DNA of 64,000 bases from assembly GCA_963778655.1 (NCBI GenBank), contig CAVZVA010000010.1, forward strand, positions 96,001-160,000, given 5' to 3'. The DNA is from an uncultured delta proteobacterium (GTDB taxonomy: Bacteria; Myxococcota_A; Polyangia; Polyangiales; JAFGIB01). Both the position numbers and the translations under genes were made by a program. The notes beneath the pieces are model-generated. The model was not told the DNA's origin and made no database searches. It saw nothing but the letters and a program-made list of their open reading frames with translations. Shown here one piece after another: positions 30,176-39,969 of the stretch (positions are counted from its first letter, which is position 1; each line of letters opens with the position of its first letter).

Positions 30176-30946
30176 ATGGCGAGGAGAAGGAGCTCGAAGC
30201 TGGCTCTCTTGGGGTGCGGCCTGGTCCTCGCGGTCGCCGGCCGCGCGAGCGCGCAGACGGGCGAGCTCCCCGTCATCGTGCGCTACGCGGCGCCGACGGA
30301 GTGTGCGACGGCCGACGCATTTCAGCAGCTGGTTGCGACCCAGCTGGCTCGCGAACGCAATCCCGGCCGACCGTGGCGCTTCTCGGTGACCATTCGACGC
30401 GAGCGCGATTACATCGGGACGCTCGAGACCGAAGGTGGAACACGCGAGCTTCGTGCCTCGACCTGCGCTGAGGTCACCGCAGCCCTTGCCACGATCATCG
30501 CGGTGACACAGCTGCGGCTTGCCGCCGCACCACCACCGCCACCACCCCCTGCGCCCCGAGCGCACGTCGCAGCCTCTGTGGCGCCCTCGGTCGTAGCCGT
30601 CCCTTCCGCTCCTCCGACTCCGACTCCGACGCAGCGCGACGAGACCCGGATGGCGAGCCCAACGCTTCTTGGCGTGGGCATCGGGACGGCGACCGTCGGT
30701 GTTGCCGCCATCCTCTTCGGAGTGCGTCATATCGCCACGGCGGACGCCGCGACCTCAGCTTGTCCGGCCACCGCCAGCTGCCAGCCCCGGGGCGCCGACG
30801 ACACCGGGATTGCAATCATCGGCGCCGGCGCGGGCCTCGCGGTGGGCGGTCTGGTCATGTCGGTGCTGGGGCTCCAGCGCAAGCGCGTCTCCATCGAGAG
30901 GGGGCCCATCGGCTCGACGGGCGCCACCGTCACGGTGACGTTCTGA
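30176..30946 (+). CDS. Secreted or membrane protein associated with the ECF sigma factor
   Basis: Signal peptide, YAAPTEC...RELRASTCAEV...LA domain, Pro linker and C-terminal TMs. Confidence 0.65.
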   Translation: MARRRSSKLALLGCGLVLAVAGRASAQTGELPVIVRYAAPTECATADAFQQLVATQLARERNPGRPWRFSVTIRRERDYIGTLETEGGTRELRASTCAEVTAALATIIAVTQLRLAAAPPPPPPPAPRAHVAASVAPSVVAVPSAPPTPTPTQRDETRMASPTLLGVGIGTATVGVAAILFGVRHIATADAATSACPATASCQPRGADDTGIAIIGAGAGLAVGGLVMSVLGLQRKRVSIERGPIGSTGATVTVTF

Positions 30947-30951
30947 GCGCG

Positions 30952-31494
30952 GTGGCCGCGATCGCGCCCGAGATGCCACTCGCTGCGGCCGAGACCGGAC
31001 GGCTGCGCGCGTGCATCGAAGCGCACACCCCCGCCGTGTGGCGCGTGGTTCGTCGCAACGGCGTCCCCGCGTCCGAGGCGGACGACGCCGTGCAGCGCGT
31101 CTTCGTGATTCTGTCGAGACGTCTGTCGTCGGTCGACCAGGGTAGGGAGCTTCCGTTCTTGCTCCGGACCGCCACGCTCATTGCGTCCGAAACGCGACGG
31201 TCCATCCGACGGCGACACGAGAGCCCCGGCGCCGTCCCCGAGCTACTGGTCGATGCCGCACCGCCGGACGAGGCGTACGCCCGGCGCGAAGCCGTCGATC
31301 AGCTCGATCGATTGCTGGACGCCATGGACGAGTCGCTCCGCGCGGTGTTCGTGCTCTACGAGATCGAGGAGCAAACCATGGCGCAGATCGCCGAGACGCT
31401 CGAGCTCGCCCCCGGCACCGTCGCATCGCGTTTGCGGCGGGCACGCGCCCGCTTCGAAGAGCTTTGCGCCGCGCTACGGCAGGGAGGCTCATGA
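30952..31494 (+). CDS. ECF RNA polymerase sigma factor
   Basis: VWRVVRRNGV..ADDAVQRVF (region 2); FVLYEIEE.TMAQIA..L..GTVASRLRRAR (region 4). Confidence 0.9.
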   Translation: MAAIAPEMPLAAAETGRLRACIEAHTPAVWRVVRRNGVPASEADDAVQRVFVILSRRLSSVDQGRELPFLLRTATLIASETRRSIRRRHESPGAVPELLVDAAPPDEAYARREAVDQLDRLLDAMDESLRAVFVLYEIEEQTMAQIAETLELAPGTVASRLRRARARFEELCAALRQGGS

Positions 31495-32249
31495 AGGACC
31501 CCAAACGCCTGCTCACCAGCGGATCACCCACTGCGCGGTCGCTGCTTCGCGGAGCGCAGCGTGACGCCCCACCCGCATCGCTCGTTCCAGCGTTGATGGT
31601 GTCGCTCGGGGTCGTGACGGCAGGGACATCGGTCAGTGCCAAGCTCGCCATGGCGATCCGGCACGCGGCGTTCTCGAAGATCAGCGTCGCGGTCGTGGCG
31701 GTGGTAGCGGCGAGCGGATCCGCATACGTCATCAGCCGGATGCACGACCGCGCCCCGCACGCCGACGTCGGGCAACGACCGATCGCGACTCTCGGGAACG
31801 CCGACGCGGTGCCGGTGCTCGCTGTGCAGCGACCGCGCGCGGTCGCACGAGCCGCCGAGGCCGTCCCGTCCGCTCCGTCGTCGGCCGCGACGGCTCGGCC
31901 GACGCCACGGGTCGAGCAACTACGGCGAGCCGCCGGCGCTCCACACCCCGCGGTCGCAGCAAGTGCGACGCCATCGATCGTTGGCGAGCTCAGCGAGATC
32001 CGACACGTGCGGGCGCTCGTCGTGGCCGGAGACGGCAAGCGGGCGCTCGACGCCCTCGATGCGTACATGGCGTCACACCCAGGGGGAATCTTCGAGGAAG
32101 AAGCGCTCGCGTTGCGAGCTCGTGCACTGCACCTGACCGGCGATCGCATCGGTGCCGAGCGCTGTTTGCACACACTCGAGGCCCGCTTTCCGAACAGCAT
32201 CTACCGGGCGTCGCTCGGGATCGCAGGCAACATCAGCGAGCGTAGGTAA
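31491..32249 (+). CDS. Putative anti-sigma factor (TM, Pro/Ala linker, TPR-like C-terminus)
   Basis: ATGA-coupled to the sigma gene; ALDALDAY...HPGG.FEEE...RFPNS. Confidence 0.7.
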   Translation: MKDPKRLLTSGSPTARSLLRGAQRDAPPASLVPALMVSLGVVTAGTSVSAKLAMAIRHAAFSKISVAVVAVVAASGSAYVISRMHDRAPHADVGQRPIATLGNADAVPVLAVQRPRAVARAAEAVPSAPSSAATARPTPRVEQLRRAAGAPHPAVAASATPSIVGELSEIRHVRALVVAGDGKRALDALDAYMASHPGGIFEEEALALRARALHLTGDRIGAERCLHTLEARFPNSIYRASLGIAGNISERR

Positions 32250-32457
32250 CATCAGCGCCCGTCAACGCGATCACCTCGGCGGGGCGGCGCAGACCCAAGA
32301 GGCAAGTGAACAAAGTCGCCGAGTTGGCGTGGCCACGGTTGTCGAGGCGGTCGTGGGGTTCAAACCGTCGACGGGCTGGTGGCACTCGTCTTTAGTTCTC
32401 ACCGATTCGAATCCATCGAGTGTAGATTCACCCGCTCCCGCAACCGGGCTCACGCAG

Positions 32458-32670
32458 TCAGCTTCCCTCGAATTTGAACGAGACCTTGAGCTTGGCTCGA
32501 TACGCTTCGATCTTGCCGTCCTTCAACTGAAGATCGAGATTGGAAACTTCCGCGATGCGCAGGTCGCGCAGGCTCTTGGATGCTCGCTCCAGGGCCCCAG
32601 CCGCGGCCTTCTCCCACGACTCGCTGCTCGTCCCGATGATCTCGATGACCTTGTATACGCTGTCGCTCAT
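32458..32670 (-). CDS. Dodecin (flavin-binding)
   Basis: [19 protein letters not shown]...LRDLR..EV...YR.KLKVSFK. Confidence 0.92.
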   Translation of the reverse strand: MSDSVYKVIEIIGTSSESWEKAAAGALERASKSLRDLRIAEVSNLDLQLKDGKIEAYRAKLKVSFKFEGS

Positions 32671-32889
32671 GACGCCTCCTGTTCACGTTGGAAAACCAAC
32701 ACCTATGCACCTCGGCGTCCTGTGCAAGAGCCAGCTGATCGGTTTTCGAGACGACTATGCGGCGTGGTTCGGGAGCGTTCCAGCCCTTCATTGCGAGGAG
32801 CCTGATCGCAGGTCGCGTCCGCCCGAGAGCTCGAGCATCCAGTCGCGAGCCTGCGCACGCAAGACCATGGCCGCTTGCCAGCTGGCTTC

Positions 32890-33185
32890 CGTTGCCATGA
32901 TCGGTGGGCACTGGGCTGCGATCGCAGCCATGGACTTCTTCACGGTCGAGGTGCTCACCCTGGTCGGCCTGGTCCGATACCACGTGCTTGTCGTCATCGA
33001 TCTGGCCAGCCGCCGTGTGGAGATCGCGGGCATCGTTCGCGAACCCTACGATGGATGGATGCGGCAGCTCGCGCGCAACCTGACCGACGGCTTTCCGATC
33101 GGTCACCGCCACCTGATCATGGACCGCGCCCCGATGTTCACTGTCGGGTTCCGCGCGCTGCTTGCCGGCTCCGCCCTCAAGAGCA
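32890..33185 (+). mobile_element. rve integrase-core transposase remnant (core part)
   Basis: [35 protein letters not shown]...[11 protein letters not shown]...LIMDR. Confidence 0.85.
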
Positions 33186-33223
33186 GAAGGCGCCTAACCG
33201 GCGGGAATCTGAAGGAAAATCAC

Positions 33224-33267
33224 AGAGCCGGAGAAGGGCTTCGAACGCTCGACGTCGACCTTGGCAA
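33224..33267 (-). other. Second, more degenerate tRNA-Gly(GCC) 3'-half fragment (att site)
   Basis: Reverse complement TTGCCAAGGTCGACGTCGAGCGTTCGAAGCCCTTCTCCGGCTCT. Confidence 0.8.
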
Positions 33268-33547
33268 GCGTCCCCATCCCTCGGAGATCACGCGCGAGGC
33301 GCTATCTTTCGAGCAACCCGAGCGCACGCACGAGCACGCAGGATCCCCGAGGCGCAGGTGGTTGCAGTCAACGTGAAGTCAGCCGGCAGGGCCTCGATGC
33401 GCGGGAAGGACGTCTCAAAGCAGGGTGGCGCGCGCCCGAAGGCGCTCGAGCTCAGGGTGGCAGGCGGGTTCGATGCGACGACCCCAAGACCGGCGGCGCG
33501 CCTGCGGACCGTCGCCAGGGCGCGCGTGCTGCGCTACGATGGGCAAC

Positions 33548-33781
33548 ATGGCCTCGGACGGTACTCGTCACGAATCGATGGCGGAGCGCTACGAGCGCAC
33601 GCTGGCCGTGCACGGGCCGGAGCCGGCGTTCGACGATCAGGGCGTCGATCTCACCCAGATTCGGGCGGCGCTCGCCCGCACTCCCGACGAGCGGCTCTCG
33701 CACCTCGAGGCCAGCGCCAACAGCCTTCACTGGTTGCTGCAGGCGGCGCACGCTTCGCGTACCGATGTCGAAGCCGTCTGA
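33548..33781 (+). CDS. Small hypothetical protein, putative partner of the nucleotidyltransferase
   Basis: GVDLTQIRAALARTPDERL motif; overlaps the NTase start. Confidence 0.65.
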   Translation: MASDGTRHESMAERYERTLAVHGPEPAFDDQGVDLTQIRAALARTPDERLSHLEASANSLHWLLQAAHASRTDVEAV

Positions 33782-34256
33782 CTACCGCACGCTCTTTCGC
33801 GAGCTGGCTGCGGAACGGGTCGAGTTCATCGTCGTCGGCGCCCTCGCGGCGGTGCTCCAAGGCGCGCCAATCGTCACGTTCGATCTCGACATCCTGCGCA
33901 GGCGCACGCCCGAGAACGTCGAGCGCCTCTTGCGTGTGCTCGACCGCCTGAAGGCCGTGGCGCGCAACGATCCACGACGCATCGCGCCGAACGCCTCTCA
34001 CCTCGGTGGTCCTGGCCATCTGCTGCTGGACACCACCTCCGGCGATCTCGACATTCTCGGCACGATCGAGGAGTCCCTGGGCTACGAGGAGCTGTTGGAC
34101 GAGACGATCGAGATCGAACTGGAAGGCGCCCGTGTCCGCGTGCTTCGGCTCGAGCGCGTGATTCGGGCCAAGGAGGCCGCGGGGCGGCCCAAGGACCTCG
34201 CCGTACTGCCGGTGCTGCGTGCGACGCTCGAGCAGATCCGCCGCGGAAAGCGGTGA
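33765..34256 (+). CDS. Nucleotidyltransferase (DUF6036-like), putative TA component
   Basis: VVGALAAVLQGAP..TFDLDI, GDLDIL and AKEAAGRPKDLAVL. Confidence 0.85.
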   Translation: MSKPSDYRTLFRELAAERVEFIVVGALAAVLQGAPIVTFDLDILRRRTPENVERLLRVLDRLKAVARNDPRRIAPNASHLGGPGHLLLDTTSGDLDILGTIEESLGYEELLDETIEIELEGARVRVLRLERVIRAKEAAGRPKDLAVLPVLRATLEQIRRGKR

Positions 34257-34269
34257 CGCCAACAAGCAT

Positions 34270-34327
34270 TCTGCGCCGCAAGGGCCTTGGCGGACCGCTC
34301 AACTTCCACTATCGGGCCGCCGCGTGA
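34270..34327 (+). mobile_element. rve transposase C-terminal tip
   Basis: ILRRKGLGGPLNFHYRAAA-stop matches the C-termini of the other rve copies. Confidence 0.6.
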
Positions 34328-34583
34328 GGCCACGATCCCCGGCGTGACTCGATCGCCGCAGGTCACGGCCGAGCGCCTGGTCGCCGACGCGAAGCCCGTC
34401 GATGCTTGTTGGCGGGCGGTCCTGAAGTGACCGGCCGACACCGTGCTCACCTACCATGATCCCACAGGCCACGGATTTCACGGCGGTGGGCGTGCGGCGA
34501 TCGAAGCTGCGGCGCGAGCGAACGGGCAACTTCTCGCCCGACTCAGCCCGCACGGCAGCATTCGTCGTGGTTCGTTGCGACGG

Positions 34584-35807
34584 CTATAGCGGCAGATCAC
34601 CCGTCGAGTGATTCACCGAGCCCGTCTCGTTGTAGGAGCGCATGGCCATCTCGGCGACGCGCATCTTGTGGACTTCGTCCGCGCCGTCCGCGATCCGCGA
34701 CCAGCGTGCGCCGATCAGCATCCGCGCCAGCGGCGAGTCATTGGAGTAGCCCAGCGCGCCGTGCACCTGGACCGCGCGGTCGACCGTGCGCCACAGCGTG
34801 TTGGCCACGTGATGCTTCGCCATCGAGACCTCGGCGCGATAGTCGAGGTTCTTTTCAATCTTGTAGGCGGCGTGGAGCACCATCAGCTTGGCCGCGTAGA
34901 GCTCCATGTTGCTCTCCGCGATCAGCCACTGGATGCCCTGCTTCTCGGAGAGCAGCGAGCCGTGGGCGAAGCGCTTCTGGGCGCGGTCGATCATCATCTC
35001 GAGCGCGGTCTCGATCTGTCCGAGCCAGCGCATGCAATGCGCCAGACGCGCAGGGCCGAGCCGCACCTGGCCGAGCAGGTGACCGCCGCCCTCTTGGCCG
35101 AGAATGTTTTCGTGCGGCACGCGCACGTCGGTGTAGCTGCATTCGGGGTGTCCGCCGCCGCCGCCCATGGTCTCGACGTCGCGCACGATCTTGAAGCCCG
35201 GCGACTTGGTAGGGACGATGAACGCGGTGTTACGGGCCTGCGGCGGGTCCGCGGCGGGGTTGGTCTGCGCGATCAAGATGATGAAGTGTGCGCGTCCAGC
35301 GCCCGAGGCGAACCACTTCCGCCCGTTGATCACCCAGTCGTTTCCGTCGCGCACCGCGCGCGTCTTGATCTGCGTGGGATCCGAGCCGGCCGTGTCGGGC
35401 TCGGTCATGGAGAACGCCGAGCGCATGGTTCCGTCGCAAAGCGGTCTCAGCCACTTCTCCTTCTGCGCGTCGGTGCCGAAGTGCAGCAGCGTGTGCATGT
35501 TGCCTTCGTCGGGCGCCGAGCAATTGATGACGTACGGACCGAAGTTCGTCTTCACGGCCTCGGCCGACACCGCGGCCACGGCGGTGGGACCGAGATCCAT
35601 CCCGCCATACTCCTTGGGCATGTGCGGCAGCCACACGCCCCACTCGCGGGCCTTCTGGCGCAGCTCGACCAACGCTGGCCGCCATGCGGCGGGGTCTCGC
35701 TGACCGCGCACTTCGCGCATACGCGGTTTGACGACGTCTTTCATGAAGCTCGCGACCTTCAAACGGGCACTCTCTACTTCCTCGGGAAACGTGAAATCGA
35801 TGGCCAT
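34584..35807 (-). CDS. Acyl-CoA dehydrogenase
   Basis: APDEGNM, FSMTEP..AGSDP, NGRKWF, QVHGALG and RIADGADEVH. Confidence 0.95.
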   Translation of the reverse strand: MAIDFTFPEEVESARLKVASFMKDVVKPRMREVRGQRDPAAWRPALVELRQKAREWGVWLPHMPKEYGGMDLGPTAVAAVSAEAVKTNFGPYVINCSAPDEGNMHTLLHFGTDAQKEKWLRPLCDGTMRSAFSMTEPDTAGSDPTQIKTRAVRDGNDWVINGRKWFASGAGRAHFIILIAQTNPAADPPQARNTAFIVPTKSPGFKIVRDVETMGGGGGHPECSYTDVRVPHENILGQEGGGHLLGQVRLGPARLAHCMRWLGQIETALEMMIDRAQKRFAHGSLLSEKQGIQWLIAESNMELYAAKLMVLHAAYKIEKNLDYRAEVSMAKHHVANTLWRTVDRAVQVHGALGYSNDSPLARMLIGARWSRIADGADEVHKMRVAEMAMRSYNETGSVNHSTGDLPL

Positions 35808-36315
35808 GTGCTGACTCCTTCCGGGCGACACCAGCTTCGGGGCGAGCCCGGAATGGGACTGCGATCTCCCCGAAGCAACCGCACGATAGTGAGGTCGCCG
35901 CGCATCTGGAAGAGGAATTCCCGAGACGATGGTGTGCGGGGCGGTCGAGCAGAGCCCCACGCAACGACCTCAGCCGAGCGCTAGCTCCTGCGAACGGTGC
36001 CAAATTGCGCCCAGCGCGCTTCGGCCATGCCGGGTCGTGGCGGAGTCGCCGCTCGCGTGCGGGACCACGTCGCCCGCCCCGATCAGCGCCGCCGCGACGA
36101 CGCGCCCGATCTCGCTCGGGAGCCGAACGGGCTCTCATCACGCGCCATCGGCACCTCCACGTGCGTGCCGAGCTGGCTCTGGCCGGGCGTCCACGGACAA
36201 TAGGGTCGAGGTAGGGACGGGCCCGAACGCCATGGGGGTCGGCCCGGCCCCCGCAGAGATTCCGACATCGCCAACCATGCAACTATGCAGGACCGTCCCT
36301 ATATCGCTGCGGTCC

Positions 36316-37299
36316 CTAAGCGAGCTTCACCAGCATCTTGCCGATGTTGCGGCCCTGCATCAGGCCAATCATGGCCTCCGGAGCCGCCTCGATACCGTTC
36401 ACGATGGTCTCGCGGTACTTGATCCGGCCCTCCTTCAGCCACCCGGTCATCTTCTGCATGAACTCGCCCGCGAGATGCATGTATTCGGGGCCTGAAAAGC
36501 CGCGGATGGTGATACCGCCATAGATGATGTTGGAGAGGTTGCGCACGACCGTGCGCGAGCCCGCTTCGTTGTAGCCCGAGATCATGCCGCAGACCGCGAC
36601 GCGGCCCCCGTGCTTGAGCACGTTGAGTGCCGCGTCGAGGTGATCGCCGCCGACATTGTCGAAGTAGACGTCGAGGCCCTCCGGTGCCGCTGCGCGCAGC
36701 GCCTTGTTGATGGGCCCGGCCTTGTAGTTGATCACGGCGTCGAGCCCGAGCTCATCCTTCAGCCATCGGGCCTTCTCCTCGGAACCGGTCGAGCCAATCA
36801 CGTAGCAGTCATGGATCTTGCCGATCTGCACAGCCACTTGCCCGACGGCCCCGGCGGCCGTCGAGACGAACAGCTTCTCGCCGCGCTGCAGATTCGCCAC
36901 CGCGAACAGACCACCGTACGCGGTCAGACCCGGATTGCCCAGGACGCTGAGATAGGCCGTGAGCGAGACCTCAGGGTCAGGATCGAGGGTACGCAGGCCC
37001 CGGCCCTTCGAGAGGAAGTATTCGCGGAACCCAAGCCCGCTCTGCACGAGCTGGTTCTCTCCGAGCTGGGCGTTGCGCGACTTGATGACGCGGCCGATGG
37101 CGCCGCCGAGCATCGCCTTGTTCAGCTCGTAGCCCTGGCTCATGCGCGGCCGCATCGCCGGGTCGACCGACATGTAAAGGTTCTGCACGAGCACCTCGCC
37201 ATCGCCGGGTTCCGCGAGCTCGGATTCGACGAGCGCGAAGTCGTCGGGCCTGGGCAAACCTTCGGGGCGCTTCACGAGATGGACTTCACGGTTTCGCAT
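36316..37299 (-). CDS. NADP-dependent oxidoreductase (MDR, CurA/prostaglandin reductase-like)
   Basis: YMSVDPAMR, LGNPGLTAY, AAGAVG, YFDNVGG, CGMISGY and NIGKMLV. Confidence 0.92.
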   Translation of the reverse strand: MRNREVHLVKRPEGLPRPDDFALVESELAEPGDGEVLVQNLYMSVDPAMRPRMSQGYELNKAMLGGAIGRVIKSRNAQLGENQLVQSGLGFREYFLSKGRGLRTLDPDPEVSLTAYLSVLGNPGLTAYGGLFAVANLQRGEKLFVSTAAGAVGQVAVQIGKIHDCYVIGSTGSEEKARWLKDELGLDAVINYKAGPINKALRAAAPEGLDVYFDNVGGDHLDAALNVLKHGGRVAVCGMISGYNEAGSRTVVRNLSNIIYGGITIRGFSGPEYMHLAGEFMQKMTGWLKEGRIKYRETIVNGIEAAPEAMIGLMQGRNIGKMLVKLA

Positions 37300-37313
37300 T
37301 CGGACCTCCTCCC

Positions 37314-38315
37314 TCACCCACTTGCCCCGTGCTCCACCACGACCGTGCCGAGCTTCGTGCCACTCTCGACCAGCTCGTGGGCAGCCGCGCTCTGCTCGAG
37401 GGTGAAGCGGCCCGCGATGTTGTGGACCGCGCCCTCGGTCTCGGCGAAGGCGGTCACCTCGCGTTGCGCGCGCTTGCGGATGTCGTGGGGCAGGCTGTTG
37501 AGCACCATGAACTGCAGGTTCACGTTCCTGACCATCAGGGCGGGAACCGAGATCGTCGGCGAGCGCTGGCCCGAGCTGGCGTAGGCCGCCCAGCTGCCGT
37601 TGAGGGCGAGCGCACGAATGCAGGCGTCGTAGTTGCCGCCGAAGTCGACGTCGACGATGTGGTCGACCCCGCGGCCATCCGTGAGCTCGCGCACCCGCGC
37701 GGCCACGTCCTCCTCGCGGTAGTTGATCGTGTGCTCGGCGCCGCCGCCCACCGCGACCTCGGCCTTCCGGGCGGAGCTCACCGTCGCGATCGTCCGCGCC
37801 GCACCGCCCCAGCGTGAGAGCTGCAGCGCGTAGTGGCCCACGGCCCCGGCCCCACCGGTGACGAGCACGCTCTTGCCCTCGATCGGCCCGTGCGAGAACA
37901 GGCAGCAGTGCGCCGTCATGGCGGGTATCCCCAGCGTCGCTCCCTCGGCGAAGCTGGTTTGCGCGGGCAGCTCGCAAACCAGGTCCTCGGATAGGCAGAT
38001 GTAGTCCGCGGCGTTGCCGAAGCACCGCCCCGCTCGGGCACCGTTGTAGATCCAGACACGCTTCCCGAGCCACGCGGGATCGACGTCGGGCCCGACCTGA
38101 TCGACCACACCCGCCCCGTCGCTGTGCGGAATGACGCGGGGAAACTGCATCGGCCGCCCGGGCATACCCCTGCGCAGTCCCACGTCGGAAGGATTGACGC
38201 CGGAAGCCCGGATCTCCACCCGAACCTCGCCCGCGCCCGGCTGGGGCGTCGGCATCTCGCCCAGCTCGAGCACGTCTCGCGCCGCGCCCTGCCTCTCGTA
38301 CCAAAGTGCCTTCAT
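37314..38315 (-). CDS. NADPH:quinone reductase (zeta-crystallin family)
   Basis: SGVNPSD, IPHSDGAG, GIPAMTA and VTGGAGAVG. Confidence 0.92.
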   Translation of the reverse strand: MKALWYERQGAARDVLELGEMPTPQPGAGEVRVEIRASGVNPSDVGLRRGMPGRPMQFPRVIPHSDGAGVVDQVGPDVDPAWLGKRVWIYNGARAGRCFGNAADYICLSEDLVCELPAQTSFAEGATLGIPAMTAHCCLFSHGPIEGKSVLVTGGAGAVGHYALQLSRWGGAARTIATVSSARKAEVAVGGGAEHTINYREEDVAARVRELTDGRGVDHIVDVDFGGNYDACIRALALNGSWAAYASSGQRSPTISVPALMVRNVNLQFMVLNSLPHDIRKRAQREVTAFAETEGAVHNIAGRFTLEQSAAAHELVESGTKLGTVVVEHGASG

Positions 38316-38382
38316 CGGAGCTCCTGGCGCCGGGTGCAGCCAGCCTAGCAACTGAAGCGGGCTCCGGATACCGTTAGGCGGC

Positions 38383-38724
38383 ATGGCGAAGGCGACCGTG
38401 TTGGTGGCGAGTTGGTCCGACGGTCTGTTCGTATGCGGGCCCGATGGGCCGAGCCATGAGCTGGCGGGGCGCACAGTCCAGTGCCTGTCGCCCGGTGGGC
38501 GCGGCGCAGCCCTGGCGGTGGTCGGCAAGCACACGCTCCAACACCGGTCCCCCGACGGGAACTGGACCACCCTGGCGACCTCGGACGCGGACCTGTCCTG
38601 CTGCCTGGCCACTCCGAACGACATCTTCGTGGGCACGGACGCCGCGCGCGTGATGCGTCTGAGAATGCCGGCGCCAGCTGGTCCGCGCGCGCTCGGGGGC
38701 TCCCGACAGCCAGCGGCGCCCTGA
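38383..38724 (+). pseudogene. N-terminal fragment of a BNR/WD40-type beta-propeller protein
   Basis: VLVASWSDGLF...IFVGTDAA, then the frame drifts into unrelated sequence. Confidence 0.5.
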
Positions 38725-38819
38725 TTCTCTGAGCCGAGATCGCCCGCCCCGTGGGATCCATGTGCCAAGGGACGCTAGCGAGGACCTCGGTTCGAGAAGC
38801 GCCGTGGCCCCATCGGGCG

Positions 38820-39000
38820 GCTCGCGGGCGTCGGCCGCCGATGATTCGACCGACCTCGGCGCGGCTCGTGCCCATCGCGAACAAAGCGCGCATGAGCAAG
38901 TCGATCGAGACGGAAGGGTCACCGCCCTCGATCTTGGCGATTCTGGCTTGGCTTGATCCGAGCCGCGTCGCGAGCTCGCCTCGCGAGAGTCCGCGGCGGG
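38820..39000 (-). pseudogene. XRE-family HTH (antitoxin-like) fragment
   Basis: RRGLSRGELATRLGSSQARIAKIEGGDPSVSIDLLMRALFAMG. Confidence 0.7.
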
Positions 39001-39085
39001 AGCGCGGGAAGCGCTAGCAATTTGCCTCAGCGAAGCCTGCTTCCTGCTGGAGACCGGCTACCTCCGCAAACGCCTCTACGCGCTC

Positions 39086-39322
39086 TTGGAGCGTCTGCCC
39101 GTGGCTTCAGTCGAGCCGGATCCGCCGTGGTGGTCGGAAGCCTTTGCCTGGTCGCACAGGTACGCGGACCAGTCTCCCGACTTCGGCGATGCGATGCCCG
39201 TTCTGCTCGCCCAGCGCGCTGGCGCCCGCCTGTGGACCTACGACTCGGAGCTCGAGAAGATCTGGCGGCTACCCAACGGGCGCAAGGTCCGGCTCGTGCC
39301 CGCCGCACGGGGCGCGCCATGA
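39086..39322 (+). pseudogene. PIN-domain toxin C-terminal fragment
   Basis: RYADQSPDFGDA...LWTYDSE. Confidence 0.6.
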
Positions 39323-39684
39323 GCGTGCTCGAACGCTCGACTCCTGGCCGACTCCTGACTTCGTGATTCTGTGTTCGCGTGATGTCGCGGCCGGCGCCGA
39401 TGACCGAGTCTGCCGCCTTCGTGCAAGTCTTTCCGGCCGCGCACCTGTTTGGACAGAGCTCGACGCTTCGGTTTGCGACGAGCTTTGCAACCGCCGCTAC
39501 ACGATCGCGATGGAGGCGGCGAGCCAGCTGCAGAGCGACGGGATCGGCGCGCTGTATAAGACCGAAGTGGTGCTCGACTGTCGCGAGCGCGGGCGCAAGG
39601 AGCGGTGCGTGCAGGGCGAGCACAGCGAGGCGCCCGAATCCGCCGACATGAACGCCAGTCCATCGGTCGCGCACTCACGCGGCC

Positions 39685-39920
39685 GCGCCGATAGTAGAAG
39701 CTGAGCACGCCGCCGAGACGCCTACGACACAGAACGCGCCCGGTGGGAGTCGCGTCGCGGTCCAGGCTCCCGATCGACCGATTGTCGAGCCCTTGATGAT
39801 TGCGTTCTCCGTGATGATGGACGACGAATGGCTCGCGAACGATTCCCGCTATGTGCACGCGTCTACTGGCGAATGCGCTCGTCGTCATCGACCTTGGTAT
39901 CGGACCAGACCGACCAGCGT
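39685..39920 (-). mobile_element. Internally deleted rve transposase remnant
   Basis: [13 protein letters not shown] joined to ERNHQGLDNR...RRLGGVLSFYYRR. Confidence 0.8.
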
Positions 39921-39969
39921 CAGCAGCTTGGAGACGCATAGGCCTGCCCAAGCCGTAGCCGGCGTGCGT

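Noticed and set aside
30176..32249. Novel signalling system
   Set aside because: An ECF sigma, anti-sigma and accessory membrane protein set is a common myxobacterial arrangement; nothing distinctive seen beyond gene order.
36316..38304. 662-aa fused oxidoreductase
   Set aside because: The N-terminal half is an off-frame overlap of the upstream quinone reductase; the real start at 37299 has a GGAGGAGG RBS.
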